From: Phoronis australis
Lineage: Eukaryota; Animalia; Phoronida
Assembly: GCA_002633005.1 (NCBI GenBank)
Contig: NMRA01000221.1
Span: 62,001-126,000 of the forward strand
Direction of reading: 5' to 3'
DNA: 64,000 nucleotides
A program made the position numbers and the translations under genes. The notes beneath the pieces were generated by a model. That model had not been told where the DNA came from, ran no database searches, and was given only the letters and a program-made list of their open reading frames with translations. Below, in pieces: positions 1-12,203 of this stretch; position 1 is the stretch's first letter, and each line of letters opens with the position of its first letter.

Positions 1-160
1 AACATGCAATATCAAAAAATATATATAGATTACATGGCGAAGTCGTTATCCCCCGTTATCTAGAGCCCGAGTGGATTTTGGAGAATTACCGCCCGAGAAA
101 CATTGCAATGAATCGATTTACCTTTTCTGACTCTCCTCGGCTTGGTAACTACTTTCTATG

Positions 161-3100
161 TCACAGGCCCGGGGACGGAGGTCTTGACCTTTTAAGATAA
201 GCCGGGCTATTTTTGTCAAATAATGCTTTTACTCAAAACCAATTGAAAACTTAAATATAATAGAAATAAATTGAATTTATAAATTATGGTTTACTAACTA
301 TTATAGCTTAAAACACGTGTTTTTCACGCTAAGCTTCGACCGGGAAATTATCTTCTGCTAAAGTAGGTTACCACTGGTAACTGAATATAATTCTCAAGTC
401 AAAGATCCTGACGACACGATACCCGCATTCAAACTGGAGATCGGTGATTTACAGTGTACAAGTAACAGGACATGAGAGAAAAATTTCACTGAATCAAGAT
501 ATCATTTTTATGGAAATTATGTATCTTATTTTTCGTAGCATATAAGTACAGTACAATGCGGTTTGTTGAACATGCGATTATTGCGCGTGCTCATTTAAGT
601 ATTCTATTTTCACTCTTGATGACGTCAGTCGCTGCATGGTGTAGTGGTAAAGTCGGCGACCAGGGCCCGGTCTCCAATCTCCGTACTCAGACTCGAATCA
701 TGCTCAAACTCACACTTCATACTCAACTCGAGTACAGACTCAGCTTTGGTGTATTCAATGTCATACTCGAAAAATCTGTACTCCAAATTTCGAGCACGTA
801 CTCAGTTTTCGAGTGTACTCGAACTGAAGTGTATCTCATCTATATTTCGAGTACGATTTTGAGTAAAAATTCGGAGTCTATGCTCAAATTTCAAGTTTGG
901 TATGGCAGTGTGCTTGAAATCGTACTCGAAAATAAATACGAGTCAGAGAACAAAATATTGAAAGGGAACCAAGAAACACAGCAAATCTAAAAAAATAAGT
1001 CCTCTTACCGTATCTCAGCACTTCAATTTCAGTTCAGAGATAATAGTTTTCATCTTAAATCTTCTTATTCTTCACCTTATTAACCCGCCGTATCACTGTA
1101 TGTTATGGCCGCCATTCTACCTCTACAATTCCTGGTAACAGGCGCATTGTAATCCCTTGTCGGCGAGTCATAACAAGCGTCGAAAGCAGTTGTGGGAAAA
1201 GTCGTGTGAGAAGTTTGTGCTGCCCTTATTAGGTATTTGTGCCTACGTTTTGTAGGGATTCCAAAAGACGAGGAGGTGAGGGAAGTTAAAAAAGTTCGCT
1301 TCCCTGTCAGGTACATTTCTCATCATAACTTAGTCATCTATAATTCCTCAATCCCCAAATGGAATTCCAGATTTTGTTTGCCGATTTCTAAGTAGACGTC
1401 TCGTCCCGTTCGCTGCCACTGGTGAACTCTGAATGCCTGCACAAGTATTAGTTTTTAACTCACGTGCCAAATGTCAACTCAATCGATACATGTACATCCC
1501 GGTAAAATACAAAGATACAGTATCAAAGTTTGACATCAGCGTAGGGCTACACAGCAATGGGTTTTATGTCAAGACTAAATTAGCAACAGAGATGTGATGT
1601 GATAAGCTGTTACAAATTTCTTTTAAAAGACGTTTTCGGGACTGGGTGAGGAACTCAAGAAGTAAAGCTTAATAATTGCCAAATGTATCAAAGAAATGGC
1701 ATAAGAATATTTATTGAAACTAAAAAATGAATAACAGTTACAGAACACTCAGAATTCCACGTTATAGACATACTCTTGTAGTTGTAGCGACAGCAGACGA
1801 TAATGTAGGCCTAGTTCTTGGGGTGGTCTATTCCAATAGGGAGCGATGAATCAGCGCGGCTTTGCGTGATTTTGCATTTCACATCATAAAGAGTTCCATA
1901 GCAACTCGAGTATGAGTGTCAGATTTGAGTACGTTTGGAGTCTACTCGAAATACGACATTAGATACGCTTTTTTGAGCACGACTCCAGTGAGCACGATTT
2001 TGAGTATGAAATCTCGAGCATGAGTATGAGTCTGAGTAGGGAGATTGGAGACCGGGGCCAGGTCCCGGGTTCGACTCCGTCCTCGGTTTCCCGCCAAATC
2101 GTTATCTCACTAGTGAGATAACTTTATGGGTTATTACACGGTTGTATCTGCCATTTGCCGCTAATATTGTGGTATAATGTGCTTTATACTCATTTTTCTT
2201 CCGCACGTGTCGTTGGTGATAATTGTTTCAACGTACTCACCGTGCACTGTCTGCTTCTTCAACTTCTGTTAGTGCATGATTTGTGAACATTGTAAGATAT
2301 CGAATACATATATTTACATCAAACATAATTTTTTGAGAATTGAATTTTTTAACAAATAACACGTCATAGCCAGCTGACTACCTTAATTTGGGTCAGCTGA
2401 CTGACGGTCGGCTATCAAAAGTCGTCTGGGGATCGCCTTATGAGTCGGCAGTGCTGTCGGCTGACGGTCGGCTATAAATTTGCCGCCGGTCAGTTACATG
2501 TATTTTGCCGGCCGGTCGACGACCGGTCGTTTACTCCTAGCCGATCGGTCGGAAAAATCGTGATACTAGTGCTGTATGCTCACGGTGATATCAATACATG
2601 TACGTTTTCATGGACACCATGGCCGTCATTCAGGAATCGTTTCTGAGCTGATGTGCGGGAACTCAGATTACGGAAATATTCGCTGATTTTCTGATCTTAG
2701 CTGAGATTCAAATTGTGCTCAAAAGGCTTTTACTTTAATAAATGAACGGAAGTGAACATTGAGCTATGTTACAAATTACTTGATTTTGAAATATATCTTT
2801 AAGTTTTTGAACTAGATTGCGCTTTCAGATGAAGACTCTAAGATTGTTTTGAAAACAATATTACCTTGAAGTATAAGTTTTCAGCAGTACTTCGCCGTCT
2901 CCTCCTTGTTGTACTCCAAGAACAGACGCCATTCATGATTACGACAAGCACCATGCAAAGAATAAGATTCTTCATAGGTCTCCTGGACATTAAAAAACAC
3001 GACTGTCCATGACGTGATTTTGACATTTACATTGACAACCTGCTTGGTTCGACTAACATGTATCATCCATCGAGTCATGAGAGCTCATTTCAATATTTTT

Positions 3101-4229
3101 GTATTATAGCACAGGCCTGATCAGGTGGAGAAAACTGCTTTCCTTTAACACTCAAGAACCTAATTTAGACATGTTAAGCTTAATTACATGTACATGTACA
3201 TGTATATTGAACCAATTTGTATGATGCAAACACCGAATTCGGTTATTTTTTATGTCCTACATATCTGTGGAATCATTGATTCTTGAAAATGTGTAGTTTT
3301 TCAAATGCAGTATACTTGGACAGGCAGAGTTATGTTATTTGCTTTCAACGCTCCATTAACTCCGGCTTTGCGTTGCACAAAGTTGCCGCTATGAAACTGA
3401 CCTTCGCCAGTACCCTTGCAGGTGTAGAGGTCCGTGTAAATGACAAACCGATGCAATCACCCTTGAAATAGACTCAGGCTGAAATATGCAAAGGTGGGCG
3501 TTGCCTGTTAAGAGCACTTATTGTGTATTTCAGTAGGAAGACACGGCCCAATTATTGTGCCTGCATTTTTCTAGGCAGCATGCAAATTGTAAATAAATGT
3601 TTGTTCCGTTTGCCTCTTGTGGGCCCAAGATTTCTGGCATCTGAAACCGTCTAGACCACGCTTCAAGGGAAATGTTTCATTTGTGATTGAATATCTCTAA
3701 GCCCGTAAATAAATCATACACACTGCACTTACATGTATGAAAGCCTATTGGATCAAGGGTGAGTTGTGTATAGTCGAGAGAAGGAGCTCTGGACAAAGAT
3801 GCACAGGTGGGTAATTAATATACATGTATACCCACTCGTTCAGGAAGTAGTGCTATTCATTTAGCTACTTCGATTATTTTCTAATGAGGTAATGTCAATA
3901 TTTTTGCGTTCAGGTTTATTTATTTACAAACTCATCGTACTACTAGGCAAGTTGGAGTTTACGTAAGATTACAGTGTAGTAGTAAAATGAAGTTTCGATT
4001 TTTAGAACATTGCCAATTCGCCGTTAGCAAACTTTAGTTGCACTCATTTTGATTTCATTCTAGCGACCTACAAACCGTCAAGCGCAGTTAAATTACGTAT
4101 ACACCGACCTGTCTGAGATCTGCCAACAATAGCAGATTTCATGGATTTAATTCAAAGATGTTTTTGTTTATTGTATATACACGTGTTATATTACATGTCC
4201 AAATTTAGCGGACGCTATCCTACTTACAT
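161..4229 (-). CDS. Putative secreted prepro-peptide gene A (orphan). Well-supported exons: 4229-4228 (AT) and 2982-2865. Tentative exons: 2690-2604, 2265-2241, 2160-2111, 433-372, 206-161
   Basis: Exon 1 ends ...GGCAT|gtaagtag and exon 2 starts tccag|GAGACCTATG, giving MRPMKNLILCMVLVVIMNGVCSWSTTRRRRRSTAENLYFK|gtaata (signal peptide plus polybasic site). Both exons and their splice sites are conserved in the paralog at 20-23 kb. Downstream exons were chosen only on GT/AG signals and phase compatibility (129 aa model) and are much less certain. Confidence 0.6.
630..2090 (+). repeat. tRNA-derived (SINE head or tRNA pseudogene) sequence split by the Harbinger-like insertion
   Basis: Pol III A-box-like tggtgtagtggtaa (637-650) lies left of the insertion and B-box ggttcgactcc (2068-2078) lies right of it. 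Confidence 0.55.
664..2058. mobile_element. Non-autonomous PIF/Harbinger-like DNA transposon
   Basis: Inverted termini ggcccggtctccaatctccc...gggagattggagaccggggc with many subterminal tactcga repeats (664-960, 1905-2058). 3-bp TSD CAG at 661-663 and 2059-2061. The reconstituted target acCAGgtc resembles the CWG sites of Harbinger3-type elements. Confidence 0.7.
2370..2570. repeat. MITE-like fragment with repeated gctgacggtcggcta motifs
   Basis: Short GC-rich internally repeated segment ending ...tgatactagtg (CACTAG on the minus strand). Confidence 0.4.
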
Positions 4230-4345
4230 GCCAGTATCTGTCAAAATTCTCCACTGTCAAGTTCAAGTTCCTAAATCAGCCTGCTCTCCACCGCTGCGGT
4301 AAAGGCTCTGTGATAATACTCTAGGCGGGACCGTGTTTTTAAACT
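4228..4345 (-). promoter_or_regulatory. Candidate core promoter and short first exon of gene A
   Basis: Minus-strand TTTAAAAA (4336-4343) lies ~20-25 nt upstream of gcctagagtattat. Both are conserved in copy 2 (~23048-23076). The exon ends at the conserved CAT|gtaagtag donor. Confidence 0.45.
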
Positions 4346-5046
4346 GTACGATCTTTTCCAGTGTTACGGACCACTGAAATTCAATAAAGGGATGATGAAT
4401 CTGGAAACTGTTGATGAGTTGACATTGGTTTAAAGACAAGCAAAATAAAGGTCTTGCGGCTACTAATGTACAACAGCATACTGCTTTTGCTGATTATTTG
4501 CCTGAGGAATCCACTGTATTTTCTGTTGTTACGACATCTTGTAAGGGCTACAGTAAATTTTACAAGTTTTTGTGGAAAATGAATTTTCCAGACCTTCATC
4601 CGGGTGTTGGGAAAATAATAAGATTATAATTGTTCTTTTGGATACTCAAATGAGGGGGTTCTAGTATACATGTATAATCCTACACAGAAGCTTAGCAATA
4701 AATTTTTAGGGTGAAATTATTGTAATCGGTTTAAATTTTTGCCAAGTTATTTTTGCTACGGTTGTGCCTAAACTATTATTCATTTGTTTTGGAGCTGCAA
4801 CAGAGTCCAAATAATCTGGCGTTACCTTTCTCATATTTGTAAACCATACTTTCAATGTTGATGCTACCATATCAGAAGCTTTATATGTCTTTTATTTCCA
4901 ATTTAAGATTTTAGGTATATAATGTAATTTTATGTTTGGCGACAATGCATATAATCAAGAAATTCAGTAGTTTTCGAAACTGTGTAGACCTGCTTCAAAT
5001 CTCCGAATTTGGAGCTCCCAGTCGTACTCTACCTCTGCCAGCTTAA

Positions 5047-6238
5047 AGGCGAAGGCAACCTTTTTTCATGTCATTTTTAGCAAAAATAAGGTTCGTTGAT
5101 TATCCCAGACATATTTTTCACTTATTTACTGCTTTTCGTAATTTAATTAATTACTTGTCGCCTACTCCGTAAGTGGCGTTTTGGGAGGCAAGAATTTCGC
5201 GCCAATTTCTTTTCATATAGTCTGACTGTGAGAGCAGTCGAGTCAGTCATCGTTATACCTCGGTTGTGATAAGTTCGGTTGTCGTTTGCTTTTGCTTACG
5301 AGTCAGTCAACATGCTACGCTGTTGCTGCGTACTGGGGTGTACTCATTATCGACCCACTTGCCCGAGTGTCCCGCGACACACTCCCACTGGAGGTGATCT
5401 GAGCACCCAAACTGCTTACATCCCGCCGTGTGACTCCCGCGCCTTACACCTGGCACCTTCCAAATAGCTCCAATACAAGTCCACAATAAACTTATCAAAA
5501 TTAGGCTCACCGATCTGTTCACTGGATGACGAACTGTCCTTTTCACTGGTTGTCGAACTGGGCCTGTATTCACTCCCACTACTAAACATCGCTGCAGCGC
5601 TGCTTACAGGCTCTGGGCTAGCGACAACAGCACAGGGCGAATCAATGCTAGTTCCCGGAATTGCAAGCATGGGGTACGTTCGGAGGCACGGGTAACAGTA
5701 GAAGAAGTGCCTTCAGTCACTGTATATAGTGGCCACAGCTCGCTAGGCTTCTCGCTTCAAAAATGCACTTCTCGGGGTTGGCGACGGGGCACTGCCCAGA
5801 ATCAACAGCGACGGTATGGTACCCTTCTTCAGGCGTTGTTTCGCAGGGACCTTCATCAATTCGGCGTACAGATCTGTCATAATCTGACGGCAGAAAATTC
5901 TTGCCACACACTCGGTAACCCTCCATTGCTTGTACGTTGCGTGGGCGGGTAGCGCTGCGTTCTTCACATGAACGAGCTAGCCAAGTACGGCGAAGTGTGT
6001 CATCCTTCGGAAAGCGACGCAAGGTACCTAAAACGCGTGTTAGACGATAATGAGTACATCCCGGCACGCAGCAACAGCGTGGCATGTTGACTGGCTTGTA
6101 AACAAAAGCAAACGACGATCGAACTTATCACAAACGAGGTAGAACAATGACTCTGATTCGACAGCTCTCACAGTCAGACTCTAATGAAAAGAACCTTATT
6201 TTTGCTAAAAGTGACGTGAAAAAAGGTTGCCTTCGCCT
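5047..6238 (-). mobile_element. Kolobok-like non-autonomous DNA transposon with degenerate THAP-domain ORF
   Basis: TIRs aggcgaaggcaaccttttt...aaaaaggttgccttcgcct. TTAA TSD at 5043-5046 and 6239-6242. The paralogous empty site has one TTAA (23761-23764). Frameshifted THAP sequence MPRCCCVPGC...FPKDDTLRRTWL...RVCGKNF (6085 downward). Confidence 0.85.
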
Positions 6239-9200
6239 TTAATATGTGACTAACCGCTTTGGAGGAATTCGTTTGACCCAGCTATTGTGGACACAGGTCA
6301 ATGCCATGTGTGTGGATACACAAATAATTCACACAAATATGTCTAACTTCTCTTGAATAAATTAAAATGCACTCGGTCTTTGTCAACTCGTGCCCGTTTT
6401 GCACAATAAAATTTGAATAGGGTCAAACCACTAACGTGAAAAACAGTTGATGAAATAAAATATGTTTGTATGTAAAGCACAGCGATAGCTGCTTTTTTGT
6501 TTGTCCAAAGTTTGAAACAGTCCAAAATGTAAATTTGGCTTGAGGTGTGTCTTAGGTTCTGGAGAAAAATACTTAAGTTGAAACAGTAGGTGTCGTGGTT
6601 TGCACGCTTTTGAAGAATTGTGTAACTTAAAGGAAAATACATCTGGCGGATCTCTGTTGTTGTAACAGGGGCTAACCACAATTTCAAACGAAACACAAAA
6701 ATCACGCGTATTCCGTAAATTTCCTGTCAGTGCCCATCATAAATCCACCCATGCATGCTTGCGAGAGGTCACTGGTTCTCCATTTCACTTAACAAAAAGT
6801 ATCTGGCAGCAGTTACCATCTACCTTTGACACGGCCGTTGGCTTCAGAAGTTTTATGCACGAGAAAATAACGTGTTGCTCAATGGTTTTTAGATTAACTA
6901 AAATCTACATTACGTTTTGATTTCAATGTCGCTCAGTTAATGTAGATCACCAGGTTTGTCTACCGCTAACTACAGTAAACATGGGCAGAGAGCGTAGAGA
7001 GGGAGACGTTTCAGCTAGCGAAATCCTATTGGACGGCCACTGGCGGCCATTGTTGTTCAATGGACCGTAGAGACGTCTAGCGGGTGTGTGTGGGAAAAAA
7101 GGAATATGGCTGATACTCGTGGTCAGTGGTCACAGAGACAAGATATTTTATCTGATCATGTAGTTCATATAGATTTCCCATAGTTAATACCTCTGAGGGT
7201 AGTGCTGTGTCAAGTAACTTCAAATCAAGATATGCCGGCTGCAGTCCCTAAAAATTGGATCAGATGAGCTTTTTGCGCTGCAGAAAAACCGGGACTTGCA
7301 CTCCGCACTGATAAAGACAGGTGAGATATACGAGTGATACAAAGAATTCTTTTTGTGAAAATGCTGCCTATCAACCATTGATGTTGACAGAGTGATTTGA
7401 ACTTGTCTTACGTTTAAGTTTCAAGGTTCTCAAATGAATTTTGAGTGAGGGACCCACCTGTCAAACTTTAACTGAAATTGTCCTGCATGTGTTTCATGAC
7501 TTGGGGCCTACTGATAACTTGTGTTTCTATTCTGTGATTGGAACTTTTCATAAAATGTTGAAATCTTATGAACCTTTGTAAAAACTTAAAAAACATGTTT
7601 TGACCAATTGCCCAGTAAAATACGGGCTTTGTGAGATTATAATCAAACATACAAATACATGTACATTAAGTCTAGTCCATAATTTGCGGAGAAATTTTTG
7701 GTGGATTCGTGACATCAAATATTGTTGGTATTGCATTCCATACCGTCATGTTCTTCATACATGTACAAGCATCCATGAACCTGGAGTCCTTGAGGTGACG
7801 AAAACATAACTTACAGATCTTGGACTACTGGCCCGGGTTGCACCTCCGTTCATAAGGTCGGCTCGCAGCGCTTGCACCTAACAAAACTCAGTGAGAGACT
7901 TAGAAACAAACCTCATGCTCACTAGGCTCTTAGAAGACTGGTAGCCAGCAATACACTACACTACAGTAGTCCTGTCGTACTGTGATGTGATAAAGACAAG
8001 ATCATCTTTGTGTAAATTAAAAAAACTAAACTGCACCATTTCCGCATACTTAGGTACGGTTGAAGCGCTGGTGTTGCTCAACTTGGGCCAACTGGTTCAT
8101 TAAAATAATGTTGATTTTTGCACCAACATCCACAGATTCTCTACACATGTAACTTGACTCATAGATAGATTTGAGGCCATGTGCCTCTGATGTGGCCGTG
8201 TCACCGATCATATTGACCCGGGATGGCCATGGGTATGTTTTTCTAAGGGTGACTTACATGCAGAATTTTTTGTTTGGAATACATGGACTGCAAATATCCA
8301 AAAATGCTCAATATCATTTCGTTAATCATAGCCCTTCCGCCAGCAGCCTGGCTGTGCAGTAGTAGTCTACACTGTAGACGACGGTGGCCGACAGGAACTG
8401 CGATTGACTTGTCTTCCAACCGTGAACAGAACAGATAAAATTAAATGCAAAGTATCATATTATTGAATTACAAATCCCTGACCTTTTTGACAGTTCTTCT
8501 GTTTTAGTGGCTGGATTTGAGCAACTTCTTGCGCTGCAAAAAGCGCCCTTCGCCATTGTTCTCGCGCATCGTAGTTAACCGCTGCTTATTCGCCAGTTGG
8601 CTGCGCTAGTAGTAGCGATAACAGCGAACTCACTTCTATTGTACAACATTCCTTTTTTATAGTAAAGATATTAAACTACAGTGAGTAGTTTTATTTTATC
8701 TATAGATGTCGCCAGCAGCGTTCTGTTCAGCCAATTTAATTAAGTAGCTTCCTGTTCGTCTTTTATCAATTATTGTTAATATTTAGTTTATTATTCCGTC
8801 TTTGTTTTACCAGACACTACAGTTACTGCAGTTGCTTATCTTAATTATTTTACGTTTTTAGGATGGTTCTTTACTCCGTTTTAAGCAAAGGAGAAAGCCA
8901 CATAATCCGCAAGTTCGTACTTGCATCTTGACATAGAAGTTCAATTTACAGGTTCGAGTAGAGCAATACACCTTCTGTCGTTAATAAATAATGGATTGGA
9001 CTTCACTTTCGTGATCTTAATAATCCCACGACTCAAATTTGGTTGACTTTCTCTCCCAATTGCCACAAATCCATGTCCCTCTATTCCAGTACAGAGTCAT
9101 GTTATTGCTTCTCTGTCGTAGGATGGTAATGATGGGATTTTTTGATGTCTGTAGAATACCTTTGGGCCACGATGTACACGAGCACAGGATTGAATTCCTT

Positions 9201-10069
9201 TATCTTGAGTTCATATTAAAATAATACAGAAATTTCAAAAATATTTCTGGCGTTGTTGTTTTGAGATGCGCCTTCAGGCCCTGTTCAATTACAGAATAAC
9301 ATTCCGCCAAGAGGTAGCGCAGTAAACAGCAATTTTATTTCAGACGACAACATTAGTGTCAATGGTAGATATTGGGCAAAGAACCAGATATGTTAATTCT
9401 AAGGAATCATCAATTCATACGTTAAACCACCACCAAAATTGACAAACAGACAACGTTATAACTTGGAATGAATTCTCCAGTTTGTATGTCGTTGTATGGC
9501 TTTCATCACCTCTTCGTCATGGAAAAGCCGCCAAGACTACAAAGATAAAATGCACTTTAGTATATGAAATGTTCTTTTGCGTTCTTGGGATAACCTTGTT
9601 ATGGAGACTCACAAAATCATATTTCAAAATCACTGATGATAACACAATCTCGCAGCGTGTGGCCTAAGCCACTGTCCAAATCTTCGTAATCATGTTAGTG
9701 TGTTTCTCTCAAAAAACCTTACGTGTAATTTGTCACGGAGATAGCCGCAATTACAAGCAAAACACGTGACCACATTAGCTTCTTTAGCGCCAGCGAAACT
9801 CTAGCCAGGCTCCAGTCACCATCACCACGCTGAAGTTAGAGTGTAACTAGAACATATTTTCTACAAATGCGATTTATGTTCGTTCAATGACTTCCTGCTC
9901 AGTGAAATATACACCGATGGTTGTGTCCCAACGAATTACGTGCAGAATGACAAAATCACGCCTCGTTGAAATTCGTGTGAGTATCGTGCAGATCATTGTC
10001 ACACTACCTAAATTTGCAATTTATGAATCATGTATAGTTCTGATACTGAGTATTTACTGTCATACTCAC

Positions 10070-10992
10070 TGTCATCATCACCATCATCATCATCATTATC
10101 GAGTTCTCTTAACACGTCGTCGCTATCTCTTTTGCTCAACGCTATTCTCATTTCATGTGTTTGATACACGCCGTCACCTGCATATAAATTATCACAAAAT
10201 AATACATGAGAATTATGAACCTACACAGACCCATATAACAAAACGTAAAAGCCCATATCCGGGACTCATTGTGTATTTTGACGAGAAATATTTGCATCTT
10301 CATTACTGTCCAGTACAGCGAAAAAATATTAATTTCGCCATTGAAACGCTCTTCAAAGTCTTTCAATAGTAGAAGTGTTGGTATCGTGAATACTTTCGGC
10401 TATGCTACTGGTAATTAATTACAAAATTGAAACTTCGGTGCCGACTGATTATGTCGTCTGCTTGCCCAGCATAGCAGCATAGTTATCGGACAGTTTGTGA
10501 TTTATGGTTCACATACATGTAGGCCTACTGAGAAAACTACGAAAGCATGTTTGTGCACAAATTCCAAGGAGTACCTGTGAATGCAAAAGATACTTATATA
10601 ACGTTTTTAGTTTAGAAAAATATCAATTTTGTTCGAATTAAAAAATGCGCCTCTGCAACGATTTGACTATTTTAATCTTTGCATGTTTATAACTCAACAT
10701 TCTCAAGTGAGCAGTTCTTCTGGGAAGTGTTGAGTGGCCCTTTTAAAAAAGGGCTGTTGGTTGTAGGTATAGCGTAAAATGGTTCTTAAAAGAACCGTTG
10801 AATAATTCAACATAAATCACACAGTATACCATGCTCACTCAAGTAATGAAGGTCCTCTTCATTCAAGTTTTCATCTGCGAAGGTTGGATGAAAACAGAGG
10901 AGATGACAATATCGATGACAGTTGTAACACCTTATATAAATGTTACCGTTCTCCATCATTATCACGATCCCTGCCTCTTTCAGTTCTTGTTC
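10070..10992 (-). CDS. Internal micro-exons of a putative acidic (Asp/Glu-rich) precursor protein: 10992-10947, 10874-10839, 10177-10070
   Basis: Canonical flanks (tccag/gtaaca, cgcag/gtgagc, tgcag/gtgagt) and compatible phases 0-1, 1-1, 1-1. Reads EQELKEAGIVIMMENDENLNEEDLHYLSDGVYQTHEMRIALSKRDSDDVLRELDNDDDDGDDD. Start and stop not resolved. Confidence 0.5.
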
Positions 10993-11959
10993 CTGGATTC
11001 AGAAGTAACCCTGAACCATAGGGAAAAAGACATACAACGAAAACAAATCAAATTTTGAAAATCATCGCCTTCGTACGATTCCATGTTGCTGTCACCAGAC
11101 TGATGTTCCTCCCCAACATCAAAGTCGAAAATCGACGTTACAAGTGATGGAAACTTGTGTCCTTTGTTTCTAACTTTTAACCCATTTTTTAAAAAAGGTG
11201 TGTACTGATTTTGTCTAACGTTGATAAAGCATAACTTTTGGTTTTTACAATGCATTAATTGTGTTGAATGCATTGATATTAAGTGGCTTCATTGAGGTGA
11301 ATAGAAAATAAATTAAATGTAACACAATAAAATTTTGAAAATAAATAGAACATTAACAGGACTCCCTAAAAATAGAGCTGTTTTCGAATACTTTGCGCCA
11401 TTGGTGATCTGATTGGTTCATGCATTTACGGCGGGAAAATGATAGACCAAGTATCGTGCACGTGTGCACTGTAGCAACACTATGTATCTTATTCTTATTT
11501 GATCAATCTGTTGATACAGTGAATTTCCTTATTTATGCCCATCCTGATTTGAGTGCAAATTGAGCTTGTTGGGTTCTATCATATATTGGGTTGGCATTGG
11601 TACCCACATGATGCTTACTCGAATGGGCTTCATTTTACCAATTGAGGTGAAATAAATAAACAAAGTAGGCAATTATCATCACCAGAATTTCATCATTAGT
11701 ATCTTTTGCCGGGTGCTCAAATTTTCTGAGACTAGGGATTGTCAGATTTGTAAGGTAGAAGTGTTTCGCTGGATTTCCAGGTCTGTGGCGTTATTTATAC
11801 CCGTCCGGACCAAAATTAAAAAACAGACCTTTGTTTCAATCAGGAGCTGTATGATACACAATTATTAGACGTGCGCAGGCATTGCACTGATCACTTGGAA
11901 CCATTTTTATGGTTTATTAATATATAGTTAAACCAAGCTGAGGAGCTTAAAACCTCATT

Positions 11960-12203
11960 CACGGCAATTTTTGGCAGTGGGATTTTCTGAAAAATGCTCG
12001 TAAGTTGACAACAAAGTTTGATAGCAATGCACTGCTGTTTTGTAGAAACTGTCACAGGTTACAGATTCGTCACAGAGCGTAAATTTGATGAATTCTAGCT
12101 TACAGGAGACCGGGTTTCATCCCCTTTTGAGCTATAATAAGCCCCCCTTCCTGAACCGGATTTTTCTAAGCGCCCTGGCCGCTAATTAGGGCGAATACGG
12201 TAA
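11960..12203 (-). mobile_element. Terminal fragment of the same TA-flanked DNA transposon family as 47084-48504
   Basis: ctaagcgccctgg...ggcgaatacggta and aaatttgatgaat...tagctt match the reverse complement of ~47084-47330. Confidence 0.65.

Larger units (their letters stand above)
2840..6785 (+). repeat. Segmental duplication copy 1 (paralogous to 20105-24335)
   Basis: Collinear matching blocks, e.g. gctccattaactcc (3350/20611), tacttacatgccagtatctgtcaaaatt (4221/22961), ggatgatgaatctgg (4390/23123), aaatccacccatgc...ggtcactggtt (6741/24298). Confidence 0.92.

Noticed and set aside
556-990. 144-aa ORF
   Set aside because: Runs through the subterminal tactcga repeats of the Harbinger-like element.
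1009-1303. Exon-like segment as a gene A exon
   Set aside because: It lies inside the Harbinger-like element's TIRs, so it is more likely element-internal.
2865-2882. ENLYFK resembles the TEV protease site ENLYFQ
   Set aside because: No vector context, and the paralog reads ENRYDK. Coincidence.
7105-7320. ATG-initiated exon-like segment ending CAG|gtgag
   Set aside because: In-frame stops and no recognisable product. Probably decayed TE sequence.
9887-10369. Plus-strand 160-aa ORF with a poly-His run
   Set aside because: No other protein-like features. The (cat)n tract is better explained as antisense of the poly-Asp exon bounded by splice sites.
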